Origin: Oxalobacteraceae bacterium
GTDB lineage: Bacteria > Pseudomonadota > Gammaproteobacteria > Burkholderiales > Burkholderiaceae_D
DNA: 64,000 bases
Assembly: GCA_947466695.1 (NCBI GenBank)
Contig: CANIFC010000001.1
Span: 12,747 to 76,746 of the forward strand
Direction: 5' to 3'
Both the position numbers and the translations under genes were made by a program. The notes under the pieces were generated by a model. The model was not told where the DNA came from. It saw only the letters and a program-made list of their open reading frames with translations, and did not search any database. Shown here in pieces: positions 41,541-52,122 of this stretch. How positions within the stretch are numbered: position 1 is the first letter of the stretch; every line of letters begins with the position of its first letter.

Positions 41541-42816
41541 TTTGTATACCTGCCGGGGCTAAGAATTGTAATTGTGCCCACAGCCTGGCGCACTCGGCTT
41601 CCAGCTGCAGGCTTTGCAGGCGGATTTCGCTTTCATTGCGCCGGGCCGCCAGCACCTGGTTCAGGCTCGCTTTACCGCCGCGGTAGGCCGCCAGAATCGC
41701 CGCGCTGCCTTGCTTGGCGAGCGGGATCACTGTGCTCTCATAGCGCGCCAGACGCTGGCGCTTGCTGCGCCATTCATCCCGTTCGCTTTGCGCTTGCGCC
41801 AGCAGCGCACGCAAGCCTTCTTCGCGCTCAGCCCGCGCCTGTTCTATGACCGCCATCTTGGCTGACACCTCGCGGTCCTGACGCTGCCCCTGGTTCCACT
41901 GCAAGGGGATAGCCACACCGACCGACAGCATGTCGGCATATCCCGGTCCGCGGCGCTGATAGTTCACTTCCACACTCCAGTCGGCCTTACGACTGGCCAT
42001 TGCCAGATTCGCTTCCGTGTGCGCGAGCTGCTCTTGCCGGGCCAGAACCGCCAGTTGGGGATGGCGCTCCAGCTGACTCGCCAGGTCTGCTTCAGCGTCA
42101 GCGAGTGTGGTTTGGCTGAGGTCCGGCAGCTTGCCCAGCGCCAGGGCACCTTGCGGCCCAACCCAGCGTATCAGCATGGTTTTGGCATTAGCGATCTTGC
42201 GTGTCAGCTCGTCGTTGCGGTCTTCCAGCATCGCCAGCGCGCTGTGATTGGCCAGCACTTCAGCCTGGCTGCCTTGTCCGGACCGATAGGCGCTTTCTGC
42301 CGCAGCAATTTCCAATGTGGCCTGCGCCAACTCTGCGTCGATTTCTTTGGCCATGCTTTCAGCGTAATAGCGCTCCAGCCAGACCAGTGCGGAGTCGCGC
42401 TGTATGACGGCCGCCAGCAAGGCCTTTTCAGCGAGGGATTTTTGCGCCGAGCTCTCAAAACGTTCAGCCCTGAGCCGCAATTTGTCTGCGCCAGGTAACT
42501 CCTGCATCAGGCCAATTTTTTGCATGGTCATCGACTCGCGGCCTAAGCTGTATCTGTCCGCCCCGGCAAGTGGCAGATTTTCTATACCCATTTTCAGTAC
42601 GGGGTCCGGCCTCTGGGCGGCAGCGACGGACATCTCCCGTGCTGACCGCACTGCCATCTCCTGGCCGACCAACAGTCTGGAACGTTCCAGCGCCAGCTGT
42701 TGCGCCTGCGGCAGATTGAGCGTGTATTCAGCTGCCAGACTGACGGATGCCTGCGCGACACACAGCAAAGTAAGCGTCGCCGCAACGAGGGGACGAAAGG
42801 TAGCAAGGGGAAACAT
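41530..42816 (-). CDS. cusC: TolC-family outer membrane factor of the Cus system
   Basis: Signal peptide, RPDPVLKMGIENLP, coiled-coil repeats; overlaps the cusB start. Confidence 0.85.
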   Translation of the reverse strand: MFPLATFRPLVAATLTLLCVAQASVSLAAEYTLNLPQAQQLALERSRLLVGQEMAVRSAREMSVAAAQRPDPVLKMGIENLPLAGADRYSLGRESMTMQKIGLMQELPGADKLRLRAERFESSAQKSLAEKALLAAVIQRDSALVWLERYYAESMAKEIDAELAQATLEIAAAESAYRSGQGSQAEVLANHSALAMLEDRNDELTRKIANAKTMLIRWVGPQGALALGKLPDLSQTTLADAEADLASQLERHPQLAVLARQEQLAHTEANLAMASRKADWSVEVNYQRRGPGYADMLSVGVAIPLQWNQGQRQDREVSAKMAVIEQARAEREEGLRALLAQAQSERDEWRSKRQRLARYESTVIPLAKQGSAAILAAYRGGKASLNQVLAARRNESEIRLQSLQLEAECARLWAQLQFLAPAGIQNEY

Positions 42817-42887
42817 AGATTCTCCGAAAAAACTTTAACAATATGCCGGCCATTTCAGCACAGCATCAACATAAAATTTTCAGGGAA

Positions 42888-43283
42888 TCAGAGGCGAAAA
42901 CAGCAGTGCAGAAGCGCGATATCAGGCGCCAGCGACACAACCGCCAATTCATTCGCGGCGCGTGGTTGGGTTGGAAGGAGAGAAAAATCGAGCGGCAATA
43001 CGCTCTGTACCATGGCGGCCGCAACAAAGGCATGCACCTGTGGCACCTGCGGTTTATCCAGGCTTTGCTTGCTGCCCTGATCCTGCGCATGGGCGTGACA
43101 CAAGACCGGCTGGTCCATGTCCATACCGTCGCAATCAGGCATCACTGCAGAGGCAGCAGGCGCTGATAACGCAAGGGATGGCAGGCCAGGACAGACGTAG
43201 GATGCCAGCGCCACCTGCATGAATAACATGCTGAACATGGCGAGCAACACTGCGCAGATTTTGACCTGGTAAGAAAATCTCAT
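42888..43283 (-). CDS. Small exported Cys/His/Met-rich protein upstream of cusCBA (putative metal-binding accessory)
   Basis: ALASYVCP...MPDCDGMDMDQPVLCHAHA...LLHCCFRL. Confidence 0.7.
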   Translation of the reverse strand: MRFSYQVKICAVLLAMFSMLFMQVALASYVCPGLPSLALSAPAASAVMPDCDGMDMDQPVLCHAHAQDQGSKQSLDKPQVPQVHAFVAAAMVQSVLPLDFSLLPTQPRAANELAVVSLAPDIALLHCCFRL

Positions 43284-43654
43284 GGTGACATCAACGGTAT
43301 GTAATTTTTTGGCTTGACTTGTTATGAACGTTGGCTTTGGCAGTGAACGACTGATCAGTGCGTGACTGTTCCTGTTGCGGGCTTGATTTTAGCGCAATTC
43401 GTCAATGGCTGCGGTCTTTTGCTGTTTCTCTTGTGCGCCATCAATTCTGCAAACCTTTTTGCGGCGAATCAGCATGTCGCCACGGCAAAAATTGATCTTG
43501 CAGTGGCTACATAGTGATGTCGAGCCATGTTTTAGCCGCTGTGCCATCAACTTACCTGACGCTAGAGTTACCCGATTTTTCCGAGCTGAACTTGCTCGAT
43601 CTTGCCTTAGGATGTCACGTACAACAGCGGTAGCAGGTGTGCATTCGTACTGAG

Positions 43655-43815
43655 TGCATGGCGTGCGACGATACGCGGACGAATCTTTATAATTGGCGGA
43701 TTTTTATAGAAATAGCAAGACCGGCCCGGAGTACCGCACAGCACAAACAACGGCCAGTGGCAATGATCATGCCGGACATTGACCACTTCGGTAACTGTCA
43801 ACGAAGATGTAGCGG
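43655..43815 (+). pseudogene. Decayed GGDEF (diguanylate cyclase) fragment
   Basis: ACDDTRTNLYNWRIF...RPVAMIMPDIDHFG resembles D.LTGLYNRR.F...PLSLIMLDIDHFK. The GGDEF motif itself is absent. Confidence 0.6.
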
Positions 43816-44339
43816 CACTTCTAGCAGCTTGCCTGACCAATTACGGCCAATGGGTGACATAGAGCCTCTTTAGGTTTATGTACTTGCGACTTTGCTTGGT
43901 AAATAATGATCTCATTTGAAATAATCATTAAATATATACTCGAATCGAGACAAACAAATGATTATTAAATTTAATTAATATAAAAATGATACAGATCATA
44001 GTTTTTTGTATTATTTAAAAGAAATTAACTGTCATTAAACGTTTTAAATGTATAAAATAAGTGACGCATGAAATAATAAATTGAAAAAATGCCGGATAAT
44101 ATTTCGGCCAGACTAAACAATTATGCGAATAATGTGTAATTTACGAGACGTCGTCGACTTGTATCAGACAAACCGGCGGCAATTATGGGGGAGACACGCA
44201 TGCTTATCTTAAAAATAGCAGTCAGAAAAATCGCGCTCGATGCCGTTATCACATACCCGGTATTCCTCCTTGCACGCTTGCGGTTACCTTATCGCAAGGC
44301 TGGCGACTCCGGTTGTATTTTATTTTAAATATCCTTTCA

Positions 44340-44630
44340 CCACTTTGACGTTGCCATCGTAGAACACCGCATGGTGTCACTGTGGCACTCAAAAAAAAGG
44401 CATGGTTGAGCGCTTTAATGGCCGCATCAGCGAGCTGATCAGGCCAACCCATTTCGTCAGCGCGTCCGAACTTGAGGCTACACCGAAAAATTACTGGGAG
44501 CTCTACAACCACCACTTTCCGCAACGTGCCATCGATAGTAAAACACCGACACAAGCGAACAAGGAGTGATAACAGAAAAAGACCGATTTATTTGCAAACC
44601 GGGTTAATGATCAGACGAAACTTGGCAAGT
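44340..44630 (+). mobile_element. IS481-family transposase C-terminal remnant
   Basis: EHR...GMVERFNGRISELIRPTHFVSASELEAT..NYWELYNHHFPQRAI..KTP..A.KE**QKKTDLF, with internal stops and a frameshift. Confidence 0.8.
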
Positions 44631-44844
44631 GTTCATCCCTGAGTCGATCCTTTTTCTTCCCCAGTGAGTGGTACAAATTCTGAGGCTTGAGCAGGTTAAA
44701 TAGAAGAGTAGTCCATGAAGTATATTCGGCAATCACAGCGACAAAAGGAGACACTAACAAGCCAATAACAATTAAAAAATAGCCTTTCATGTCATGACTA
44801 ACCGCACAAGGCGCATGACTGAATGAACATAACAAGGAAAACAC

Positions 44845-47142
44845 ATGCACACTCAAAATTTGAAAAACTATGGACTCGCCGCTGCCATTGCTGGCGTGAT
44901 CGGCAGCACCTTGGTCGCTTGCGGCAGCAGCGATCCGCTCAATGACGCGCCCACCATCAAACTGCTGTCGTCGAAAGCTGAATTCGTCACGAGTGGCGAC
45001 GCCCTTATCGATATAACTCTGCCTAAGGCTTTAACGGCTGCGGTCCTCAGCGTCAAAGCGAATGACATCGATGTGTCATCTGCATTCAAGGCCGACCCTG
45101 CCAACCCGGGGCATATGGTCGGCCTGGTTTCTGGCCTGAAATTGGGTACAAATACCGTGGTGAGCAACTACGGCGGTTTATCTGCCTCCACCCAGATCAG
45201 CAACTTTCCAGCTACCGGGCCAATGCTGTCCGGCCCGCAAACCACACCATTCAATTGCCAGACCCAGGATTTTACGCTGCCTGATGGTTCAAAACTGGGT
45301 GCAGCCACGGATGCTAATTGCTCGGCACCGACCAAAGTGCAGTACCTGTATAGGTCCACGAGCGGCGGCGTGCTGAAACCAATGCTGACCACCACGGCAT
45401 TGCCGTCGGACGTCGCGACCACCACCACAAGCACAGGCGTCACTGTACCTTTTGTTGTACGTGTCGAGACCGGGACGATGAACCGGGGTATTTATCAAAA
45501 CGCGATTCTGTTTGATCCTGTGACGGATTCTGCGGCAAGCCCGGCAACACCACCGAAGGGCTGGAACAAGCGCCTGATCGCCGTGCATGGCACCGGCTGT
45601 ACGGCAGGATGGTTCATACAGGGCGCTGCGATGGGCGTCAGTCCTTATACGGCGACAAACCAGACACGCCTTGGCGAAGGCTATGCCGTTTTTACCAACA
45701 CGCTGAACCACCCGACCAACAGCTGCAACGCACTTTTGGCCGGCGAGACAACGATGATGGGCAAGGAACACTTCATCAAGACCTTTGGCGTACCAGATTT
45801 CACCGTCAGTGTCGGCACTTCTGGCGGCGCCTATACCAGTCTCCAGGTCGCCGATGCCTTCCCTGGCTTATTGGATGGCGTATTCATCGATGCGACTTTT
45901 CCGGATGCCATGTCGATCGCCATGTCGGCGATGGATGCCAAGCTGCTCAATCGTTTCTACACTGCCAGCAATACCACTGCCGTCACGGAAGCGCAGATGG
46001 CCAGCGTGTCGGGTCACAAAACCGCACGCGCCTGGTATGACCTTGCACTGCAGTCGGGTCGCACCGATCCCGTCTCCGGCCGCACCGAAACGATTCCAGT
46101 CACAGGCTCCCTCCTTGGAGCGTACGCCGCCGGAGTTTTCAATCCTGCCGTCCCGGCCGCGCAACGCTGGAATGCGGTGAGTAATCCGGGTGGAGCCCGG
46201 GCCACGGTGTTCGATATTGGACGCAACGTCTACGGTGTCGATGCGCAAGGCTATGCTTTGCGCCCGTTCGATAACGTCGGGGTCCAGTACGGCTTGGCGC
46301 AACTGAACGCTGGCACGGTTACTGCAGATCAGTTCCTTGACCTCAATGGAAGTATCGGCGGTTATGACCGGGACGGCAACTACACCACTACGCGCACTAT
46401 TGGTGATGCCGGCGCCATCAAACGCGCCTACCAGAGCGGTCTGCAGCTGGGCGGCAATGGTGGACTGGCGTCTATCCCGGTGTTTGACCGCACGAATTTC
46501 TACGATGAAGACAATTACTACCACTATCAATGGTTCCATTTCGCCGTGCGCGAACGCATGCTCAAGGCCAACGGCGACACTAAAAATCACGTGATGTGGC
46601 GTGGCGGCACTTCGTTCCCAGACCTGTTCGGTCAGACCACCGCTGGCAAAGCTGAACGCGCCGCAGTCGCGGCCAAGTCGCTGGCCGAAGGCTGGCCGGC
46701 ATTTATCAAGTGGGTCGCGGCCTACAAGACTGATGCATCGGCAGCATTGCAGCGCGACAAAGTAATTAAAGCGAAACCTTCGGAAGCGGTTGATGGCTGC
46801 TACACACTGTCGACGTCGCCGCAATTCCAAGCCGAGACCCAGACGCTATCGAGTACCGGTGCTGCAGGAACCTGCAACGCAATCTGGCCGTCGTGGAGTT
46901 ATCCCCGGGCGCAGGCAGGAGCATCGGTCGCCGCTGACAAGCTGAAATGCGATCTTAAGCCGATAGCCGCATCAGACTATGCCGTCACGTTTACCACGAT
47001 CCAGCTGACCCGTCTGAGCGCCATCTTCCCAAGCGGTGTGTGTGACTGGTCCAAAGCCGGGGTTAACCAAACGGCGGTTGTGCCTTATCCATCCTTTGGC
47101 CCTTCAGCAACGAACCTGGTATTTGATATCACCAAGCGCTGA
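44845..47142 (+). CDS. Lipoprotein, DUF6351/tannase-like alpha/beta hydrolase
   Basis: Lipobox LVAC, VRVETGTMNRGIY, nucleophile elbow GTSGGA, RPFDNVGVQYGL, IFPSGVCDWSKAGV. Confidence 0.8.
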   Translation: MHTQNLKNYGLAAAIAGVIGSTLVACGSSDPLNDAPTIKLLSSKAEFVTSGDALIDITLPKALTAAVLSVKANDIDVSSAFKADPANPGHMVGLVSGLKLGTNTVVSNYGGLSASTQISNFPATGPMLSGPQTTPFNCQTQDFTLPDGSKLGAATDANCSAPTKVQYLYRSTSGGVLKPMLTTTALPSDVATTTTSTGVTVPFVVRVETGTMNRGIYQNAILFDPVTDSAASPATPPKGWNKRLIAVHGTGCTAGWFIQGAAMGVSPYTATNQTRLGEGYAVFTNTLNHPTNSCNALLAGETTMMGKEHFIKTFGVPDFTVSVGTSGGAYTSLQVADAFPGLLDGVFIDATFPDAMSIAMSAMDAKLLNRFYTASNTTAVTEAQMASVSGHKTARAWYDLALQSGRTDPVSGRTETIPVTGSLLGAYAAGVFNPAVPAAQRWNAVSNPGGARATVFDIGRNVYGVDAQGYALRPFDNVGVQYGLAQLNAGTVTADQFLDLNGSIGGYDRDGNYTTTRTIGDAGAIKRAYQSGLQLGGNGGLASIPVFDRTNFYDEDNYYHYQWFHFAVRERMLKANGDTKNHVMWRGGTSFPDLFGQTTAGKAERAAVAAKSLAEGWPAFIKWVAAYKTDASAALQRDKVIKAKPSEAVDGCYTLSTSPQFQAETQTLSSTGAAGTCNAIWPSWSYPRAQAGASVAADKLKCDLKPIAASDYAVTFTTIQLTRLSAIFPSGVCDWSKAGVNQTAVVPYPSFGPSATNLVFDITKR

Positions 47143-47182
47143 CAAAAAGCGTATGTAAAAAAGTCGCTAAGCGTGTAAGCAT

Positions 47183-47272
47183 TGAACTGATCCACTAAGT
47201 TGGACCGAATAAATGCTTAGGCAAGCAAGGACTGGGTTCTGTATTGCACAGGACTCAGTCCTTTTAATTTCA
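47183..47272 (-). mobile_element. IS3-family right end: transposase C-terminus plus terminal inverted repeat
   Basis: Minus strand KLKGLSPVQYRTQSLLA* followed by GTCCAACTTAGTGGATCAGTTCA, ending in CA. Confidence 0.8.
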
Positions 47273-47379
47273 TCTTAATTCAGTCGTTATTACAGCCGTT
47301 GTTACAGTCGTTGTTACAGCCATGCATGGGGGTTCAGGCACCAACTGCAACCGTCTTAATGAACAACTCAAGCCGTCAG

Positions 47380-47584
47380 CGGTTTGCGCCTGCGGGTCAT
47401 CACACAACACCACCAGGCCGGCCAGCAGCAGCGCGTAGCCCGCTGGCTCTGGCACGGCACTCACGTCGGTATCGACGCCATCGAACCGGAACGACGCGTT
47501 GCTATTGTTGATCGTGGTCAGGCCGGTCAGTGCAAGAAAATTGGCATTGCCGGTCAGGGAAGACGCGCAAATAGCCAGACTCAT
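47380..47584 (-). pseudogene. Decayed PEP-CTERM gene fragment
   Basis: ...FDGVDTDVSAVPEPAGYALLLAGLVVL; basic tail frameshifted; no signal peptide. Confidence 0.65.
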
Positions 47585-47816
47585 CGTGGAACAAAATGGT
47601 CAGCGTCAATAGTATAGTGAGACAAGCAATCGCATCAGAACTTGCCTTGTACAGCCAGTAGCCCATGCGATAACCGACGGCTACCGACATCGTCTGCCTT
47701 TTTTAATGCAGGTAAAACGCCACCATCCGGGTCACGAAGTTGATGACATCCCGTTGCAATAAATAGTTTTCCTGGCGCGGTTTTACGTTCCGTTACGCCA
47801 TAAAACTCCCACACGC

Positions 47817-48422
47817 TTAATCCGACAGCGAGCTGAAAAAAAGAACCATGCAGCCGTTCAATTCCAGCAGTTCCTCGATAAATTGGGATGTTAAATAAGG
47901 CAGCACGGCAAACACTTGCTTATCGAAAGGCCAGCTCGCCAGCAGAAACGTGCCTCCCATCATCGCCAGTATCACCATGGGCTTTTTGAACATGATGGCG
48001 CGCCGGGCCCATAGTTGCCTGACGCGCGGCGCCACAAAGATCAGCAAAGCGAGCCACAAGGTAACGCCAAACAAGCGCAACCCCTGCTCAAACGAGGCCC
48101 ACGCCGGCGCAGTACCTAGCCGGTCGATATCGACTTCACGCAAGATGAAGGAATAGCTCAACAATGCCAGGCCGGCATGCAGCAAAAAATTCAGGTTCAA
48201 CGACGTTTTCGCCAGGCGCCACGCCCGCATGCTGCATACGCCACACGCTAACATCAGAAAAGCACACTGAGCCAGCTCCAGTAAATGGTTTTCCTGTGCT
48301 TGCAAGAAGCCGTACTGCCACAGCATCAGTACAAAAAAGTTGCTGATTATTAGCAGGCCCGCCGGTACCATCCAGTTGCTTTCGGAGGAGTAACGGTGCG
48401 TGGGTAGAGTCGAAGTTGTCAT
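47817..48422 (-). CDS. Hypothetical multi-pass membrane protein
   Basis: About six hydrophobic segments; ENHLLELAQ, ILREVDID and FIEELLELNG motifs. Confidence 0.7.
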   Translation of the reverse strand: MTTSTLPTHRYSSESNWMVPAGLLIISNFFVLMLWQYGFLQAQENHLLELAQCAFLMLACGVCSMRAWRLAKTSLNLNFLLHAGLALLSYSFILREVDIDRLGTAPAWASFEQGLRLFGVTLWLALLIFVAPRVRQLWARRAIMFKKPMVILAMMGGTFLLASWPFDKQVFAVLPYLTSQFIEELLELNGCMVLFFSSLSD

Positions 48423-49023
48423 CAATATCAATGCCTCTGCTATGTAGAAAAATAGTAGAGAGTTTCCTAAAAAAAATTTACATGTCTGAGCCAATGTGAG
48501 CTCTGGGTTGCAGCAGAACGTCAAACCCGGTGAAGCCCGGCTTGCCAGACCGATCATCACTGCCAAAAGTAAAACTGACACCACTGTGTGTCGGAGTGCG
48601 TGATTTTCAAATGTGGGAATAGAAGAACTACCCTTATCTTCCCCTGAGGTTTTTATCGTCAGCCCAATACCTCAATCACGGGATAGCTGAGCAAAATCAG
48701 GAAAAAAAGGCGGCATGAAATTCATCTGATTGATGGCAGATGAATTATCAAGAGAAGCTTATATTGGCCTGCAGAGCGCATCGGATAAACGTGATGCGTT
48801 TTGATAATAGGGGAATGCCAGAACTACGCCTTCGCCTGAACCTCTCACTTTTGTTTAGTCCTTCTTTTATCCGGCTTTATTTTCGCTATGTACGTTACCG
48901 GACTGAAAGATGAAGCAACAACGGTCACCATACACCTATTCACTACTTCACGTTACTGATCGCGTACCGCAATGCTGCGACGCGGCCAGCTTTTACAAAA
49001 TTCCTCAGAAAGGGATCCGCATC

Positions 49024-50406
49024 ATGTCCTATGAAAGCATCAATCCGTACGACGGAAAAACCATCAAGACGTTTGACAATATCAGCGACGCGCAACTTAA
49101 AAAATCGCTGGCGACCGCCGAATCAAGTTTCCAGGCGTGGAAACAGACAAGCTATGAAGACCGCGCTGTTATCGTGAACAAGGCGGCACAACTGCTACGC
49201 GCAAGAATAGACGACTTCGCACAACTGGCAACCCTTGAAATGGGTAAGCGCATCGACGAGGCGCGCGGTGAAGTGACACTCAGCGCAGAAATTCTGGACT
49301 ACTACGCACAGCACGCCGAAGAATTTCTCCAGCCGGTGAAATTAAATCCAAAAGTCGGTGAAGCGCACATGGAAAGCAGCCCGTTTGGCGTGCTCTTCTG
49401 CATTGAGCCATGGAATTTTCCGTACTATCAATTGGCGCGTGTCGCCGGCCCGCAACTGATGGCGGGGAACGTGATCGTGGTCAAGCACGCCGCTTGCGTG
49501 CCGCAATGTGCGATCGCCTTCGAACAACTCTGGATCGACGCCGGAGCACCAGCCGGCATCTACACCAACCTACTGATTACCCACGAACAATCCGGGGCCA
49601 TCATTGATGATCCACGCGTCAAGGGTGTGGCGCTGACAGGCAGTGTCCCTGCCGGAAGAGTGGTTGCTGCGCGGGCTGGAAAAAACCTGAAAAAGTCGTC
49701 AATGGAACTTGGCGGCAGTGACGCCTTCATCGTCCTCGACGATGCCGATCTGGAAAAGACGATTCCCTGGGCAGTATGGGGCCGGATGTTCAACGGCGGC
49801 CAGACCTGCTGCGCTTCCAAGCGCTTCATTGTGCTCGATTCTATCGCTGACGAATTCATCGCAAAATTTCAGGCCGCATTGCGCGACTTGAAACCCGGTG
49901 ACCCGATGGATCCAGCGACCACACATGGCCCGATGTCGACTGAAAAAGCCTTGGTCCAGTTGGTCGGCCAGGTAGACGACGCCGTGAAACATGGTGCCAA
50001 GCTCCTGATGGGCGGAAAGCGCCTTGACCGTCCCGGTGCCTTCATGGAAATCACCGTACTAACCGACATCGCGCCTGACAACCCGGCTTACCGCGATGAA
50101 TTCTTCGGCCCGGTCGTCTCATTCTTCCGCGTCAAGGACGAAGCCGCTGCGATTGCCCTCGCCAACGATTCCGACTTTGGCCTGGGCGGCTCGGTATTTA
50201 CCAAAGACGTCGCACGCGGAAAACGTGTCGCCAGTCAGGTCGATACCGGCATGATGTTCGTCAATAATATCGACTGGTCCGACGCAGAACTGCCATTCGG
50301 TGGCGTCAAGGATTCCGGCTACGGAAAAGAATTGGGCAATATGGGCATACATGAGTTTGTGAACAAAAAACTCGTTCGCACAGTCGATCAGGACGCCCCA
50401 ACCTGA
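49024..50406 (+). CDS. NAD(P)-dependent succinate-semialdehyde dehydrogenase family aldehyde dehydrogenase
   Basis: EPWNFPYYQ, ALTGS, MELGGSDAF, GQTCCASKRF, EFFGPV, LPFGGVKDSGYG. Confidence 0.93.
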   Translation: MSYESINPYDGKTIKTFDNISDAQLKKSLATAESSFQAWKQTSYEDRAVIVNKAAQLLRARIDDFAQLATLEMGKRIDEARGEVTLSAEILDYYAQHAEEFLQPVKLNPKVGEAHMESSPFGVLFCIEPWNFPYYQLARVAGPQLMAGNVIVVKHAACVPQCAIAFEQLWIDAGAPAGIYTNLLITHEQSGAIIDDPRVKGVALTGSVPAGRVVAARAGKNLKKSSMELGGSDAFIVLDDADLEKTIPWAVWGRMFNGGQTCCASKRFIVLDSIADEFIAKFQAALRDLKPGDPMDPATTHGPMSTEKALVQLVGQVDDAVKHGAKLLMGGKRLDRPGAFMEITVLTDIAPDNPAYRDEFFGPVVSFFRVKDEAAAIALANDSDFGLGGSVFTKDVARGKRVASQVDTGMMFVNNIDWSDAELPFGGVKDSGYGKELGNMGIHEFVNKKLVRTVDQDAPT

Positions 50407-50413
50407 TCAATAG

Positions 50414-50457
50414 CAAGCGCACCATGAATTCACCTTTGCGGTTCATGGTGCGCTTGC
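50414..50457. terminator. Hairpin after the aldehyde dehydrogenase gene
   Basis: caagcgcaccatgaa...ttcatggtgcgcttg inverted repeat. Confidence 0.65.
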
Positions 50458-50689
50458 CGCCGGTCCCGGCTTGCCTGTAACCAGACCGCGCGTCATCTAT
50501 CAGAACTGACCCCGGCTTCGTGTTGGGCTCAGTTCTTTTCACATCGTGGATTATCAGGACCGACGCTCACTTTTCTGACTATTACTTTTTAAAAGTGACT
50601 CGACACCCCCTCTTAATAACACGCACATCAAACAGAGTTTAATTGCAAAAAAAAGGGCCGCTCTCAAGGCTGCTTTCCTGCTCGGCGTG

Positions 50690-50800
50690 CGGGCCGGAGT
50701 GTAGGTCATTGATCTGGGTGATCAGACGCTGGTACCGGGCCTGATTGACAGTCGTACGCACCTGACCAGTGATCCTGATAATGTCGGCTCGGAAGCTTAA
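50690..50800 (+). pseudogene. Amidohydrolase N-terminal relic
   Basis: VIDLGDQTLVPGLIDSRTHLTSDP matches VIDLxxxTLxPGLIDxHxH with the first His lost; flanked by stops. Confidence 0.7.
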
Positions 50801-50969
50801 CTCAGATGCCGGCCCGGGTACGAGAATTAGCGCCGACGATATTACGCCGGTTCAGCCGAATGAATTGATCACCTTTAGCGTGCAACACGTGCAGGAGTAA
50901 GCAGGTTAATTCAACATTGCTTCGACATTGCCGCGCTATCGCTACGCACTTTTATCAGGTGCCTGCGGG

Positions 50970-51410
50970 CTAGTGACTGGCAAATACGCTATAGCTGTCG
51001 GCGCTCTTTACCAGCAAGGTATTGTAGGGAATTGATTGCGCGCCTTCCATGCCGGGCGAGCCAGGCACCATCCCGGGCACGGCCAGGCCGATGGCTTGCG
51101 GTTTCTGCTTTAACATCCGGCGAATATCTGCGGCAGGTACGTGGCCTTCGATCACATAGGGGCCAATTTTTGCGCTATGGCAGGAGCCGAATTTTTCGGG
51201 CATACCCAGCTGCTGTCGTTTTGCCGGGACGTCATCGACGTCGTGGCTGACTACCGTGAAACCGTTCTGACGCATATGTGTGATCCAGGCGCTGCAGCAC
51301 CCGCAGCTCGCACTCTTGTAAACTTCAACCACCGGAGCGGTTTGGGCAAATGTCAGGCCTGAAAACAGCAGGCCAAAGATAAAGATAAAGATAGAGTAAC
51401 GTGATTTCAT
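50970..51410 (-). CDS. DUF411 / CopG-like periplasmic metal-binding protein
   Basis: Signal peptide; VYKSASCGCCSAW, SCHSA, EGHVP, GLAVPGMVPGSPGME. Confidence 0.92.
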   Translation of the reverse strand: MKSRYSIFIFIFGLLFSGLTFAQTAPVVEVYKSASCGCCSAWITHMRQNGFTVVSHDVDDVPAKRQQLGMPEKFGSCHSAKIGPYVIEGHVPAADIRRMLKQKPQAIGLAVPGMVPGSPGMEGAQSIPYNTLLVKSADSYSVFASH

Positions 51411-51577
51411 GGCGAATTTTCCTTTGAGTGCGGATGATGGTCATTATTCAAAAATTGTCCCGGATGCCAGATAACGCCCAAGCCGGGCTCTCCGGGTTTT
51501 CCTGAGTCGGTGCAAAGCTCAGGAGGACTGTGATATTTTTCAGAAAAGCATCGCCGACATAGCCGCGCTAAAAGAGC

Positions 51578-51657
51578 GGGCAAAGACCGGTGATCACCTC
51601 AAGCGAGGTCTGACCGAAGCCGGATTGGTAGCTGATCTGACGCACGATGGCGTCAGT
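51578..51657 (+). pseudogene. Relic of a CusR/CopR-type heavy-metal response regulator N-terminus
   Basis: AKTGDHLKRGLTEAGLVADLTHDGVS resembles KTGDYLxxGLxEAGFxVDLxxDG. Divergent from the DUF411 gene; no intact start. Confidence 0.6.
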
Positions 51658-52122
51658 CAAGGGCGTATTAAAAAACCAGCGCTGCTCAGTTTATCATATG
51701 CAACGTCAGGCTACTTACGCTCAACGGCAGGTAACATCTGGCCAGCATACGCCGGGCGCGCAGGCGCGGTTTTCAGATTCCGGCACGGCGTTCTCGCTTA
51801 AGATTTTCAGCGCGATGAATCGCAACCCGCCACAGACCGAAGCGGCAAGATTGGCCCGGTCACGTCCGTGATTACCGCTATGGCGCATCTTGGCCAAGCC
51901 TGCTGTTTCCAGACATTTATATTGCCGCTGCAAAAGGCCGGACACCGCTTGCACACCGGCCTGCACATTGACGTACAACAAGCTCTGTCCTCCTTCCTCT
52001 GTCTTGCAGGCAGGTGGGATGGCGGGTATGCTAATAATGACATTCAGGCATCGGGTCGGGCTTATTACTCACCTATCGCTCACCTATTGCTTACCTATTG
52101 CTTACCATAAGGAGTCCATCAC

